Below, piece by piece: positions 1 to 9,361 of a stretch of DNA of 64,000 nt. Source of the DNA: Minisyncoccota bacterium (GTDB lineage Bacteria; Patescibacteriota; Minisyncoccia; Phycocordibacterales; CAJQIN01); NCBI GenBank assembly GCA_905478465.1, contig CAJQIN010000002.1, positions 88,312 through 152,311 on the forward strand. Direction: 5' to 3'. Both the position numbers and the translations under genes were made by a program. The first letter of the stretch is position 1. Each line of letters opens with the position of its first letter. The notes below the pieces were generated by a model. It was not told where the DNA came from. It ran no database searches and saw only the letters and a list, made by a program, of their open reading frames with translations.

Positions 1-186
1 GAAAACACAATGAAGCCTGTTCTGCCATGTTCATAACCTTTCATAGAATGAACCATTTTATTAAAACTCTAACTTTGAAATTAACACAAAAAACACAAGT
101 GTCAACAATCATTTTAATTTTTTCTTGATAATCACCTCCATATACTATAGAGTGTGAACCATCGTTATTCATACAAATTAAGTTAT

Positions 187-1200
187 ATGCCTTACATAAA
201 CATAGAAATAAAAAAATTAGAAAACTCTGAAATTGAAATTAGCGGAGAGATTCTTGCCGAAACTCTTGAATCAAAGAAAGAAAAAGCTCTCAAAAACATC
301 TCTCAAGATGCTGAAATAAAAGGATTCCGAAAAGGACACGTACCCGAAGAAGTACTCCTTAAAAACATCGGAGAAATGACAATTCTTCAAGAAGCAGCTG
401 AACTAGCACTTTCTGATGAATACCCAGCTATCCTCATTGAACACAAAATAAATCCCCTTGGAAATCCTCAAATTTCTCTTACTAAACTTGCCCCAAAAGA
501 AAACCTTGGATTCAAGATAAAGACAGCAGTAATGCCAGAGGTAACCCTTTCTGACTACAAAACAACAGCCAAAAAGATAGTAAATGAAAAAGAAGATGAT
601 CTTGAAGTAACAAATGAGGAAGTTGAAAAAACTATCGAGCAAATAAAGCAACAACATCTTGCACATTCTAAGGACAAAAAAGAACTCGAAATAAATGATG
701 ATTTTGTCAAAACACTAGGGGACTTCAAAGATGTTGCTGATTTTAAAGCAAAAATAAAAGAAAACACAAAGATTGAAAAGAAAAGAATCGCTCGAGAAAA
801 GAAACGAAATGCAGTTATTGAAGAGATCATTGAGAAATCAAAAATCGAAATGCCTCAAATACTCGTTGACGGAGAACTCGAAAGAATGCTTGGACAATTT
901 AAAGCAGATGTAGAGCGAGCAGGACTAACCTATGAAAATTATCTTAAAGAGGTAAAGAAAACTGAAGAAGATATCAAAAAAGAATGGACACCTGTTGCTA
1001 TCAAAAAAGCTAAAATGCAACTCATATTAAACCAAATCGCTCTTGCAGAGAAAATTTCTCCTGAATCAGATCAAGTAGAAAAAGAAGTTGAACATCTCAT
1101 GAAGGAACATAAAGATGCTCCTGTAGAACGTATTAAAATTTTCGTTGAAACAATGCTAACAAACGAAAAAGTATTCGAATTTCTGGAAGCACAGAAATAA
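187..1200 (+). CDS. tig: Trigger factor (short form lacking most of the PPIase domain)
   Basis: GFRKGHVP ribosome-binding signature; ATG at 187 preferred over GTG 154; clpP nearby. Confidence 0.92.
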   Translation: MPYINIEIKKLENSEIEISGEILAETLESKKEKALKNISQDAEIKGFRKGHVPEEVLLKNIGEMTILQEAAELALSDEYPAILIEHKINPLGNPQISLTKLAPKENLGFKIKTAVMPEVTLSDYKTTAKKIVNEKEDDLEVTNEEVEKTIEQIKQQHLAHSKDKKELEINDDFVKTLGDFKDVADFKAKIKENTKIEKKRIAREKKRNAVIEEIIEKSKIEMPQILVDGELERMLGQFKADVERAGLTYENYLKEVKKTEEDIKKEWTPVAIKKAKMQLILNQIALAEKISPESDQVEKEVEHLMKEHKDAPVERIKIFVETMLTNEKVFEFLEAQK

Positions 1201-1213
1201 TAAATTGAAACTC

Positions 1214-1246
1214 AAAAAACAGCGCCTTAAAATGGCGCTGTTTTTT
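1214..1246. terminator. Bidirectional intrinsic terminator between convergent tig and rsmE
   Basis: AAAAAACAGCGCC-ttaaaat-GGCGCTGTTTTTT. Confidence 0.85.
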
Positions 1247-1255
1247 ATTCTCTAA

Positions 1256-1954
1256 CTATCTTGAACTAAAAACACCTAATAACACAACCCCTGCCATAAC
1301 GGCCGTCTCCGCCCGAAGCGTATTAAAAGGTAATGAAATTGTAGATATTTTTTTCTCATCAAGAATCTCCAACTCTTTTTCACCCCACCCACCTTCTGGA
1401 CCAATAAGTATCTTCACCTCATCCGATAGATTAACATCAGAAATATCTTTCCCTTCCATATGTAATACCAAAACATCAGGATACTCCTCTAGTACCTCAG
1501 AAAAAGTTTTCATTTCATGTAGTACAGGCAACGTAACTCTCCCACATTGTTCCGTGGCTTCTTTTATAATCTTCGATAAACGATCCATTCTGACATTCTT
1601 GTACTGACTTCTTTCAGAAAAAACAGGAGTGATACTAGCAACACCAAGTTCTGTGGCCTTTTCAACAGCAAGCTCCAAATTATCTTTTTTAATAATGGAA
1701 AGAAAAAGATGCACTTTTCGAGAAACAATATCTTTTTTTTGCTCAAATGATTCCACAGAAAACTCTACTTCTTTTTTTGTCAGAGTATCTATAACCGAAA
1801 CGTACTCCACGCCAGTAGCATCAAAAAAGATAACCCTGTCCCCCTTCGAGAAACGAAAGACATCTTTTAGTTGATGAATAAGGTCTTTATCTACCAAAGA
1901 GAATTCTTTTTTACCCGTGAGTATTTCTTGTGTATAAAAACGATGTAATTTCAT
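1256..1954 (-). CDS. rsmE: 16S rRNA m3U1498 methyltransferase
   Basis: EKATELGV, EATEQCGR, IGPEGG, LRAETA motifs. Confidence 0.95.
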   Translation of the reverse strand: MKLHRFYTQEILTGKKEFSLVDKDLIHQLKDVFRFSKGDRVIFFDATGVEYVSVIDTLTKKEVEFSVESFEQKKDIVSRKVHLFLSIIKKDNLELAVEKATELGVASITPVFSERSQYKNVRMDRLSKIIKEATEQCGRVTLPVLHEMKTFSEVLEEYPDVLVLHMEGKDISDVNLSDEVKILIGPEGGWGEKELEILDEKKISTISLPFNTLRAETAVMAGVVLLGVFSSR

Positions 1955-2063
1955 ACTAATAGAATATAGAGGTATCCATAAAGAAGCAAGAATACCCTTT
2001 TCTTGCTTTCAACAAGAAAATATCTTATCCTTGAACCATCATTCATAATTCTTTAATCAATCC

Positions 2064-2636
2064 ATGTTAATTCCAACAGTAATCGAAAAAACAGCCGGCG
2101 GAGAACGCGCTTACGACATATACTCACGCCTACTTAAAGAAAGAATCATTTTTCTTGGTGGCCCCATAGAAGACCATACGGCAAATCTTATTATTGCTCA
2201 ACTTCTTTTTCTTCAGTCAGAAGATCCCAAAAAAGACATCAGTCTATATATCAACTCTCCTGGAGGATCTGTAGCATCTGGTATGGCTATTCTAGACACA
2301 ATGGCTTTTGTAAAAAATGATATTTCAACAGTCTGTGTGGGAATGGCAGCTTCAATGGGTGCAATGATTTTATCTGCCGGAGAGAAAGGGAAGCGTTTTA
2401 GTCTTCCGAATTCAGAAATAATGATCCACCAACCGCTTGGTGGAGTCGAGGGACAAGCGACTGATATCGAAATTACCGCCAAACAAATTCTCAAGATACG
2501 AGAACGTCTACACAAGATGCTTGCTAAAAATACCGGGCAAAATATCACCAAAATAGAGAAAGATGCTGAACGAGATTTCTGGATGACATCAGATGAAGCC
2601 AAGAAGTACGGACTGATTGATAAAGTGTTGAAATAG
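2064..2636 (+). CDS. clpP: ATP-dependent Clp protease proteolytic subunit
   Basis: [33 protein letters not shown]. Confidence 0.97.
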   Translation: MLIPTVIEKTAGGERAYDIYSRLLKERIIFLGGPIEDHTANLIIAQLLFLQSEDPKKDISLYINSPGGSVASGMAILDTMAFVKNDISTVCVGMAASMGAMILSAGEKGKRFSLPNSEIMIHQPLGGVEGQATDIEITAKQILKIRERLHKMLAKNTGQNITKIEKDAERDFWMTSDEAKKYGLIDKVLK

Positions 2637-2833
2637 ATTTTTGTCAATAACATATACCTATGAATGTTATTGACATATGTATGTAAATACTTAGTATGTC
2701 GCATAGACATATCTTTTACAAAAAATTACAGAAAGGGAGTTAACTATTGGTAGCAAAAACTATTCATGTACAAATAATTATCACCTAAAAAGATACGAAC
2801 CTATACTCGGACAACATACCCAAAGGATTCATC

Positions 2834-3193
2834 ATGTCTACAAACATCACCATTACTGTAGAAAACAAATGCGGCTTATCTTTCAGGGGCCTTACTCAGA
2901 AAATCTTTACCGATCTCAACCCACGGGACTGGAGCATGCACCAAACTGGAAATTGTGGTTTCCTGGGGATGGCTTACACGGACTACACTGAGAGTGTTGA
3001 AAATGCTCTTCCCGACTCAGAGATTGTGTACTACCTATCAAGCCTCTACAAATTAACTTGGGATGAGGCGTGTGAAGTAGTGTTACACCTAATAAAACTT
3101 GGCTTTATAGAATTAGCCTATAAAGTAGACAAGTTCAGTCCTTCTGACGTACTAAACGGTCCTTGGACAAAACTGCTCAAGAATCTTTGTTAA
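2834..3193 (+). CDS. Hypothetical orphan protein
   Basis: 119-aa ORF with TTGACA-N17-TAGTAT promoter (~2670), AAGGA SD and downstream hairpin terminator (~3221-3244). Confidence 0.6.
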   Translation: MSTNITITVENKCGLSFRGLTQKIFTDLNPRDWSMHQTGNCGFLGMAYTDYTESVENALPDSEIVYYLSSLYKLTWDEACEVVLHLIKLGFIELAYKVDKFSPSDVLNGPWTKLLKNLC

Positions 3194-3457
3194 CAGAACA
3201 AAGAAAAAAGAGACCAACCAAAAGCCTGCCCCGCGCAGGCTTTTCCTTTACCCAACCACAAAAATGAGATACTATGCAAGTGTTATCTTTTAATTTTTAA
3301 TTTTGAACACATTACCCTTTAACCTATGCAGCAATTCCAGAAAAACCCTTAAAACCTCAGTATTTTCAAGAATTTTTAACAAATATACACTCGAAAAAAC
3401 ACCCCGTGTACTAAAAGCCTAGGAACATAAAAGGTATATGTGTTCTATTACACACAT

Positions 3458-4987
3458 ATGCAATTAGCAATAATATTAGTATTTATACTACTCGCCGCTA
3501 TAGTCGGTGGAATTTTTGGATATTTTCTCCGATGGATCATTTCCCTTGGGAAAAAAGGTTCCGTGGAGCTCAATATCAAACAAATGATGCTTGAGGCAAA
3601 AGACGAAGCCCAGAATATCGTCGATGAAGCCGAAAAGAAAGCTGAGAAATTAGCCACAGAAACACGCACTGAAACAAAAGAAAAAGAAGAGAAAAGCAAA
3701 AAAACAGAAGAACGTCTCATAAAAAAAGAAGAGCTACTTGATAATAGACAAATAGAAATTGATAAAAGTATTGAGACTCTAAAAAATAAAGCCGAAGAAA
3801 TACAAGAACTACGCACACAAGCTGATACCCTCATTGCAGAACGAGCAACAATACTTGAAAAAACAGCGAACCTCACACAAGAAGAAGCCAAAAAAGAAAT
3901 AATTGAAACCGTTCAAAAAGAATCTGAGGAAGATATCCTTGTTAGACTACAAAAACTAGATCAAGAAGGAGAAGATCGTTTTGACAAAAAAGCACAGGAA
4001 ATACTAACCTCTGCTATACAACGTATGGCAAATAATGTTTCTTCGGACATCATGACTACTAATGTTCCCATCACCTCAGATGAAATTAAAGGAAAGGTCA
4101 TCGGAAAAGAGGGGCGTAACATTAAAGCCTTTGAAAAAGCTACTGGTGTAGAAGTTATTGTAGATGACACACCTGGAGCAATCACCATTTCATCATTTGA
4201 CCCAGTACGTCGACAAATAGCACGTGTTGCACTAGAAAATCTCATCGCAGACGGACGTATTCAACCTGCAAAAATTGAAGACGAGACAAAGAAAGCAACT
4301 GAAGAAATAAACAAAATAATAAAAGAAAAAGGTGAACAAGCAGCCTTCGAATGTGGTGTATACAACCTTGATCCTCGTGTTGTTTCCATACTTGGACGAC
4401 TTTATTTCCGAACAAGTTATGGACAAAACGTATTACAGCACTCTGTCGAAATGACACATATTGCCGGAATGCTTGCTGAAGAATTAGGCGCAGATGTCTC
4501 TATCGCAAAAGCAGGAGCACTTGTCCACGACATCGGAAAAGCAGTTGACCATGAAGTATCTGGTACCCACGTTGACATCGGAAGACGTATTCTACAAAAA
4601 TTTGGTACCAATGAAAGTATTATTCGAGCTATGGAAGCACACCATGAAGAATATCCATACGAAACACTTGAATCAAGAATTGTTCAAGCAGCAGACGCTA
4701 TCTCTGGTGCCCGACCCGGAGCTCGACGAGACAGTGTTGAAAACTATATTAAGCGTCTTTCCGAACTAGAAGGAATTGCAAAATCATTCACAGGTGTCGA
4801 AAAAGCCTATGCAATTCAAGCCGGTAGAGAAATTCGAATCTTTGTTGAGCCAGAAAAAGTATCTGATATCGAAGCACGAAAGTTAGCCCGAGATATTGCT
4901 CTTAGGGTTGAAAATGAATTAAAATACCCAGGAGAAATACGAATTAATGTTATCCGAGAGACTCGAGTACTCGAATACGCACGATAA
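3458..4987 (+). CDS. rny: Ribonuclease Y
   Basis: N-terminal TM helix, coiled coil, KH domain (IGKEGRNI), HD domain (HDIGK), ARPGAR. Confidence 0.97.
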   Translation: MQLAIILVFILLAAIVGGIFGYFLRWIISLGKKGSVELNIKQMMLEAKDEAQNIVDEAEKKAEKLATETRTETKEKEEKSKKTEERLIKKEELLDNRQIEIDKSIETLKNKAEEIQELRTQADTLIAERATILEKTANLTQEEAKKEIIETVQKESEEDILVRLQKLDQEGEDRFDKKAQEILTSAIQRMANNVSSDIMTTNVPITSDEIKGKVIGKEGRNIKAFEKATGVEVIVDDTPGAITISSFDPVRRQIARVALENLIADGRIQPAKIEDETKKATEEINKIIKEKGEQAAFECGVYNLDPRVVSILGRLYFRTSYGQNVLQHSVEMTHIAGMLAEELGADVSIAKAGALVHDIGKAVDHEVSGTHVDIGRRILQKFGTNESIIRAMEAHHEEYPYETLESRIVQAADAISGARPGARRDSVENYIKRLSELEGIAKSFTGVEKAYAIQAGREIRIFVEPEKVSDIEARKLARDIALRVENELKYPGEIRINVIRETRVLEYAR

Positions 4988-5138
4988 TTTTCCCGCTTTC
5001 AATCTTCCAAAGAAATATTTGGACACACACTGTCACTAGTGACAATACTTAATAACCATTTGCACTTCAAAATATGGCTCTATATAATATAAGCAGGTCA
5101 TTTTTGATCATGATCAATTATTAGATAATCTAAATAAA

Positions 5139-5411
5139 ATGAATAAAGCATCAATCGTTGAGGCTGTACACGAAAAACTTGGAGGTACTAAAGTACAATC
5201 TGAGGAAGTAGTAGAGACAGTTATCTCATCAATCATTACTTCTCTTACAAAAGGAGAGGAAGTTTCTATCGCAGGTCTTGGTATCTTCTCAGTGAAGGCT
5301 CGAGCAGCACGAACAGCTCGAAACCCACGAACAGGAGAGCCTATACAAGTTCCCGCAATGAACGTTCCAAAATTCCGAGCAGCAAAGGCTCTAAAGGACG
5401 CGGTTAAATAA
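5139..5411 (+). CDS. hup: DNA-binding protein HU
   Basis: MNKA..., GLGIFSVKARAARTARNPRTGE, PKFRAAKALKDAVK. Confidence 0.96.
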   Translation: MNKASIVEAVHEKLGGTKVQSEEVVETVISSIITSLTKGEEVSIAGLGIFSVKARAARTARNPRTGEPIQVPAMNVPKFRAAKALKDAVK

Positions 5412-5435
5412 ATCTTTTTTAGATTTATCCTACTT

Positions 5436-5465
5436 ATAAAAAACACCCTTCGGGGTGTTTTTTAT
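5436..5465. terminator. Intrinsic terminator after hup
   Basis: AAAAAACACCC-TTCG-GGGTGTTTTTT. Confidence 0.88.
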
Positions 5466-5604
5466 TTGAACAAAATAAAAAAACCGTATTTCATTTTTAA
5501 GAAATACAGTGTTTGTTTTTTGTTAAAAAGAAACTTGTCAACACCTTGTCACAAAACCAAAATGACACAAGTTATATATAACAGAACAACAAAGGAGACG
5601 TGCA

Positions 5605-5841
5605 ATGTTGATACAAACAAAAGGTATCTCAGAATGGCGAGTTATTTTCTACAAAACACAGGATCCAATCAAAAAATATCAAGCTCAAAAGAAAATGCAC
5701 CAACTCATACAGCAAGAAGTACAACGTGCTCGTTCTCAAAATGAACTCTCAGCACTAATGCTTCGATTTGGACATATTCCCGTAATTGGTTCTTGTATAA
5801 AAAAGAAAGAAAACAAACTCACTTCCCCAGCCCTCTTATGA
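5605..5841 (+). CDS. Small hypothetical protein
   Basis: 78-aa ORF preceded by AAGGAG SD; stop overlaps a terminator hairpin. Confidence 0.5.
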   Translation: MLIQTKGISEWRVIFYKTQDPIKKYQAQKKMHQLIQQEVQRARSQNELSALMLRFGHIPVIGSCIKKKENKLTSPALL

Positions 5842-5851
5842 GGGTTGGTTT

Positions 5852-6418
5852 TTATATATCCAAACACTCAGGAAGAGAATTCGGAATTGTAATCAAAATA
5901 TTATCATCATTGGCAACATCATCAGGCTCAGTAAAATGAACCTTCCCATCAGGTCCAGCTGAATATAATTCATCCTGAATACACTTTGCCTCCAAAGAAT
6001 ATGTCATCTCTCCTTCATTTTCATTTAAGAGATACGGACTACCCCAGGCATCTCGATCTGCTTTCTCTAAACCATCATATATATAACCAGTTGCTGCCTG
6101 CATGGCATTAATTGCATCAACCCATGCTTCATAACATTCCTGCGTCACACCACGCAGATCAGTGTTGGACATACAATTACCACCACCAACCCACCCAGCA
6201 CCACTAACCCCTGCATCTCGGGTAATATCAATAAGCGTTTGTCCGCTCTCACTCTGAGCAACAACCATAGCATCAGATATTTGCTTTAATTCAGCATTTG
6301 TTTTCGCTATACGAGCTTTTTCTCGTGCACTTCCAAATGCAGATAATGCGATACTAGACAAAATACCAATAATTGAAATGGTAATGAGTAGCTCTACAAG
6401 GGTAAAACCTTTTTTCAT
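5852..6418 (-). CDS. Type IV pilin / GspG-like prepilin
   Basis: KKG|FTLVELLITISIIGIL class III signal peptide; DAWGSPY and LYSAGPDG GspG-like motifs. Confidence 0.9.
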   Translation of the reverse strand: MKKGFTLVELLITISIIGILSSIALSAFGSAREKARIAKTNAELKQISDAMVVAQSESGQTLIDITRDAGVSGAGWVGGGNCMSNTDLRGVTQECYEAWVDAINAMQAATGYIYDGLEKADRDAWGSPYLLNENEGEMTYSLEAKCIQDELYSAGPDGKVHFTEPDDVANDDNILITIPNSLPECLDI

Positions 6419-6473
6419 AATAATTATTGTAGCATTTAGAGAAAAAAGGAATAGGGTTTTATCATATTTCTAG

Positions 6474-6544
6474 TGCGGATACCGAGAATCGAACTCGGAT
6501 CTTATCCTTGGCAAGGATACATTCTACCACTAAACTATACCCGC
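6474..6544 (-). tRNA. tRNA-Gly(GCC)
   Basis: Reverse complement GCGGGTATAGTTTAGTGGTAGAA...CCTT-GCC-AAGG...GTTCGATTC...TATCCGCA; no encoded CCA. Confidence 0.95.
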
Positions 6545-6588
6545 TTATAAACAAAAAAATATTATCACGTCTCCCCTATCTTTTCTAG

Positions 6589-6888
6589 TTATTTTATAGA
6601 CAAGTCTTCGGAAATTTTCAACACCATATCAAAATCATCTTCTTTCTGTACTTTATTTTTCTTTAAGTGACCACATATCACACACTTATGCACCAACACA
6701 TACTCATCGCCATTTTTGAGCACTTCCGAGGGTTTCATAAGACCACCACAACTTGCCAAACGATCCCCCGGATCGATATCTACATGCTTACTCCATAGGC
6801 ACTTTGGGCAATGATTAGTGTAGCCATTCCCCATTACAGAATATCCACATTTTTCACATATAAAATCTTCTTTTTTTCTTGTAAACAT
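6589..6888 (-). CDS. RNHCP-domain zinc-binding protein
   Basis: EDFICEKCG...YTNHCPKCLWSKHVD..PGDR...CGGLM...HKCVICG. Confidence 0.88.
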   Translation of the reverse strand: MFTRKKEDFICEKCGYSVMGNGYTNHCPKCLWSKHVDIDPGDRLASCGGLMKPSEVLKNGDEYVLVHKCVICGHLKKNKVQKEDDFDMVLKISEDLSIK

Positions 6889-6958
6889 ATATTTATCTAA
6901 AACATTAACACACTCCCCGAGACAATAAAAAAGTTGCCGCACATACGTAACGACAACC

Positions 6959-7663
6959 TTATATTGTTTTACCCTTTCTCATTAGAGAAATCTCAGTAGT
7001 GATCCGTCTCATATACTGACATAATTCACCAATACGAATTTTAGTCAATTGCAGTTTTATAAAATTCACACCACATAATACATGTACCATACTATTCGGT
7101 CCTGCAACATTCAAAAGGTTCCTTTCATGAAAACCCCAATCATGCATACCTACGATATCTAAAAAAACTTCTGAACCATAAGTATTTCTTATGTTTTTCA
7201 ACACCGAAACATTTAAAGGTTCAATAGCTAATCCTAACAACTCACTGTTCTTCACAAAAGAAACTACTTTGCCCTGTTCAGGATCCTCCGTTACCAAAAC
7301 ATTTGCATGCGAAAAAAATTCAATAGAGTCTCTTCCAATTTGGGTTACAGACAGATACCGACTATCTAAGATAACTGGTATTTGTGGCGCCTTCTCTTGA
7401 AGAAAATCTAATGTCTTTTTCAAAGCAAGATACCCTGCATCTCTATACGCAGAATAGGTATCCCATGAAATCAAAAAAGCTCCCGCAAAATCAAGTGTTT
7501 TAGTAATAAGACTCTTATGAAAACGATGCAACATTTCAGCGGCTGTTCGTGTTAAAAAAGGTGCACATTTCAAAACCGAAGTATCCCCTCCTAATTCAAG
7601 GAGCACGCAATGTTCATACTGAAACAATTGCTGTCGAATCATTTCGGAAAAAATTGTATCCAT
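6959..7663 (-). CDS. Divergent OMP-decarboxylase-like (PyrF fold) protein, probably catalytically inactive
   Basis: Resembles the PyrF N-half (G..ALKKTLDFLQEKAPQIPVILD) but the DxKxxD motif reads DSRYLS; AAGGAG SD. Confidence 0.5.
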   Translation of the reverse strand: MDTIFSEMIRQQLFQYEHCVLLELGGDTSVLKCAPFLTRTAAEMLHRFHKSLITKTLDFAGAFLISWDTYSAYRDAGYLALKKTLDFLQEKAPQIPVILDSRYLSVTQIGRDSIEFFSHANVLVTEDPEQGKVVSFVKNSELLGLAIEPLNVSVLKNIRNTYGSEVFLDIVGMHDWGFHERNLLNVAGPNSMVHVLCGVNFIKLQLTKIRIGELCQYMRRITTEISLMRKGKTI

Positions 7664-7816
7664 TTAAAATCTCCTTTCCTTAAGAAACCATGAAATTGTA
7701 AACAAACTCTATATACAGTGTAAAAGAAATATCAAGACCTATCAAGGACAGGTTTAATAACAAAAAACAAGGCAAAACCTTGTTTTTTGTAAACAAACAT
7801 ATTTTTATCTTCTCTG

Positions 7817-7889
7817 TCGGAGTGCCGAGATTCGAACTCGGAGTCACTCCGTCCCAAACGGAGCATGTTAGCCGTTACACTACACTCCG
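7817..7889 (-). tRNA. tRNA-Pro(TGG)
   Basis: Reverse complement CGGAGTGTAGTGTAACGG...CCGTT-TGG-GACGG...GTTCGAATC...CACTCCGA. Confidence 0.95.
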
Positions 7890-7991
7890 ACACAAAAGAT
7901 ACTCTTATGTAATCTCAACAATACTATCACACAATCCTTTTAAGACAACAACCTTATGTGATGCATTAAAAGTATCCTGATTAAAGCATGA

Positions 7992-8132
7992 AGTTTCATG
8001 AGAAACCTTGATATAGCATTCTAGACAACGCTCTGCCAAATTGGCACAATCTAAGTTTACTACCTAATCCAATAAAAACCCAGTTTCACGTGAAATACAC
8101 CTCATATACGTTTCACGTGAAACGTATATGAG
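7992..8132. promoter_or_regulatory. Three intergenic parS-like sites (7992-8007, 8082-8097, 8109-8124); the last is the centre of a perfect 32-bp palindrome (8101-8132)
   Basis: AGTTTCATGAGAAACC, AGTTTCACGTGAAATA, CGTTTCACGTGAAACG vs consensus TGTTNCACGTGAAACA. Confidence 0.85.
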
Positions 8133-8230
8133 CTTTTGGCCAAAAATACAAAGCTTTTTCGTTTTTAAGGCTAAATAGAGCCATATTTTAAAGTCAAAGA
8201 CGTTTATAGACACTTCTCAAAAAATGTCTT

Positions 8231-8269
8231 TTATACACATATCCCCATACTTATCCCCAGTTTTCCACA
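8231..8269 (+). promoter_or_regulatory. Tandem DnaA-box-like cluster away from oriC
   Basis: TTATACACA (8231), ATATCCCCA, TTATCCCCA (8251), TTTTCCACA (8261). Confidence 0.6.
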
Positions 8270-8430
8270 AAAAACCTTATTTTAGGGGATATATAAAGGA
8301 AAAAGTCTTTTTATATGACCCTTAAAAGAATCACTCATCAAACACCTTCAGACAAATTAATGAAAGATAAAGCACTCTATAGAGGGATATGTTTAAGACA
8401 AAAAATAACCCAAAAGGGTTATTTTTTTAG

Positions 8431-8501
8431 TGCGGGATGGGGGAATCGAACTCCCATGTACTGCTTGGAAGGCAGTCATTCTACCATTAAATTAATCCCG
8501 C
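8431..8501 (-). tRNA. tRNA-Gly(TCC)
   Basis: Reverse complement GCGGGATTAATTTAATGGTAGAA...CTGCCT-TCC-AAGCAG...GTTCGATTC...ATCCCGCA. Confidence 0.95.
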
Positions 8502-8535
8502 ATGAAAACTATTCTAACATAAAATATCTACAATG

Positions 8536-8608
8536 TGCGCCTGGCAGGAGTCGAACCCACAACCCCTTGTTCCGAAGACAAGTGCTCTATCCATTGAGCT
8601 ACAGACGC
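8536..8608 (-). tRNA. tRNA-Arg(TCG)
   Basis: Reverse complement GCGTCTGTAGCTCAATGGATAGAGC; anticodon arm CTTGT-CT-TCG-GA-ACAAG. Confidence 0.93.
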
Positions 8609-8622
8609 CCTGAATAAGTATA

Positions 8623-9300
8623 CTATAGTTTTTTCCTGGAAGAAGCAACTAACATACTCTGAAAAAACTTCATCCTCCACAAAAACCTCACTCCTGACAG
8701 CTCTACGACCAAACAACCCTTATAATTAGGTCTTTTTTTAACCTTTAACCCGCTCGGCTTATAGATGCTTTTCTGAAACCTTGAAGAGGGAATATGTGTC
8801 AATTCTGACCAATATGTCTCCCATTCTTCATGAGCATATGGTGCATGTAGGTACAATCGACACTTCATATTTTCTTCATTTACATACATATATCTCTTTA
8901 TCCACAGAACCATAAAACATATCATGTCTGGATCTGAATTAATAAAACGAAAATTACTCGATCTTTTTGCCCCCTCAGCCCAATACAGAGCTACTCCTGC
9001 AATAAACATAGGGTCATCTTTATACTTATCAAACTCTTTTTGTGCTTCTGTAAACTCCAACTGCTCTCGAATTAAACGATTCTGCCTATTAGCACTCGCC
9101 GCTTTTATTCTACCCCGTGAGATATTTGAATCTGTTCTTTTTTTCAACACATCCTTTTCATCTTCAGTAAGAGGCAGATCTTTCAACCAATTAGAAAGAG
9201 TACTTTTAGAAACATCCACATGTTCCAAAATCTCTTTATAACTAGCGCCTTTTCTACGCATTTCAATAGATTTTTGTTTTTCTTGAACCTTGCTTTTCAT
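8623..9300 (-). CDS. HTH plus LAGLIDADG-like hypothetical protein next to tRNA genes
   Basis: N-terminal HTH (GASYKEI...VSKSTLSNWL); AGVALYWAEG helix and FINSDPDMI motif; ends 14 bp before tRNA-Arg. Confidence 0.7.
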   Translation of the reverse strand: MKSKVQEKQKSIEMRRKGASYKEILEHVDVSKSTLSNWLKDLPLTEDEKDVLKKRTDSNISRGRIKAASANRQNRLIREQLEFTEAQKEFDKYKDDPMFIAGVALYWAEGAKRSSNFRFINSDPDMICFMVLWIKRYMYVNEENMKCRLYLHAPYAHEEWETYWSELTHIPSSRFQKSIYKPSGLKVKKRPNYKGCLVVELSGVRFLWRMKFFQSMLVASSRKKL

Positions 9301-9361
9301 ACTGTATAACTATAATACTCTGTTCATTGTACACAAAACAAAAGTACTGTACAATGCTGAT

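Noticed and set aside
2642-2675. Inverted repeat TGTCAATAACAT/ATGTTATTGACA as a transposon end
   Set aside because: No transposase or partner end; it is adequately explained as a clpP 3' hairpin overlapping the next promoter's -35 box.
7780-8716. ORFs 7780-7980, 8315-8617 and 8528-8716
   Set aside because: They overlap tRNA genes and are shadow translations.
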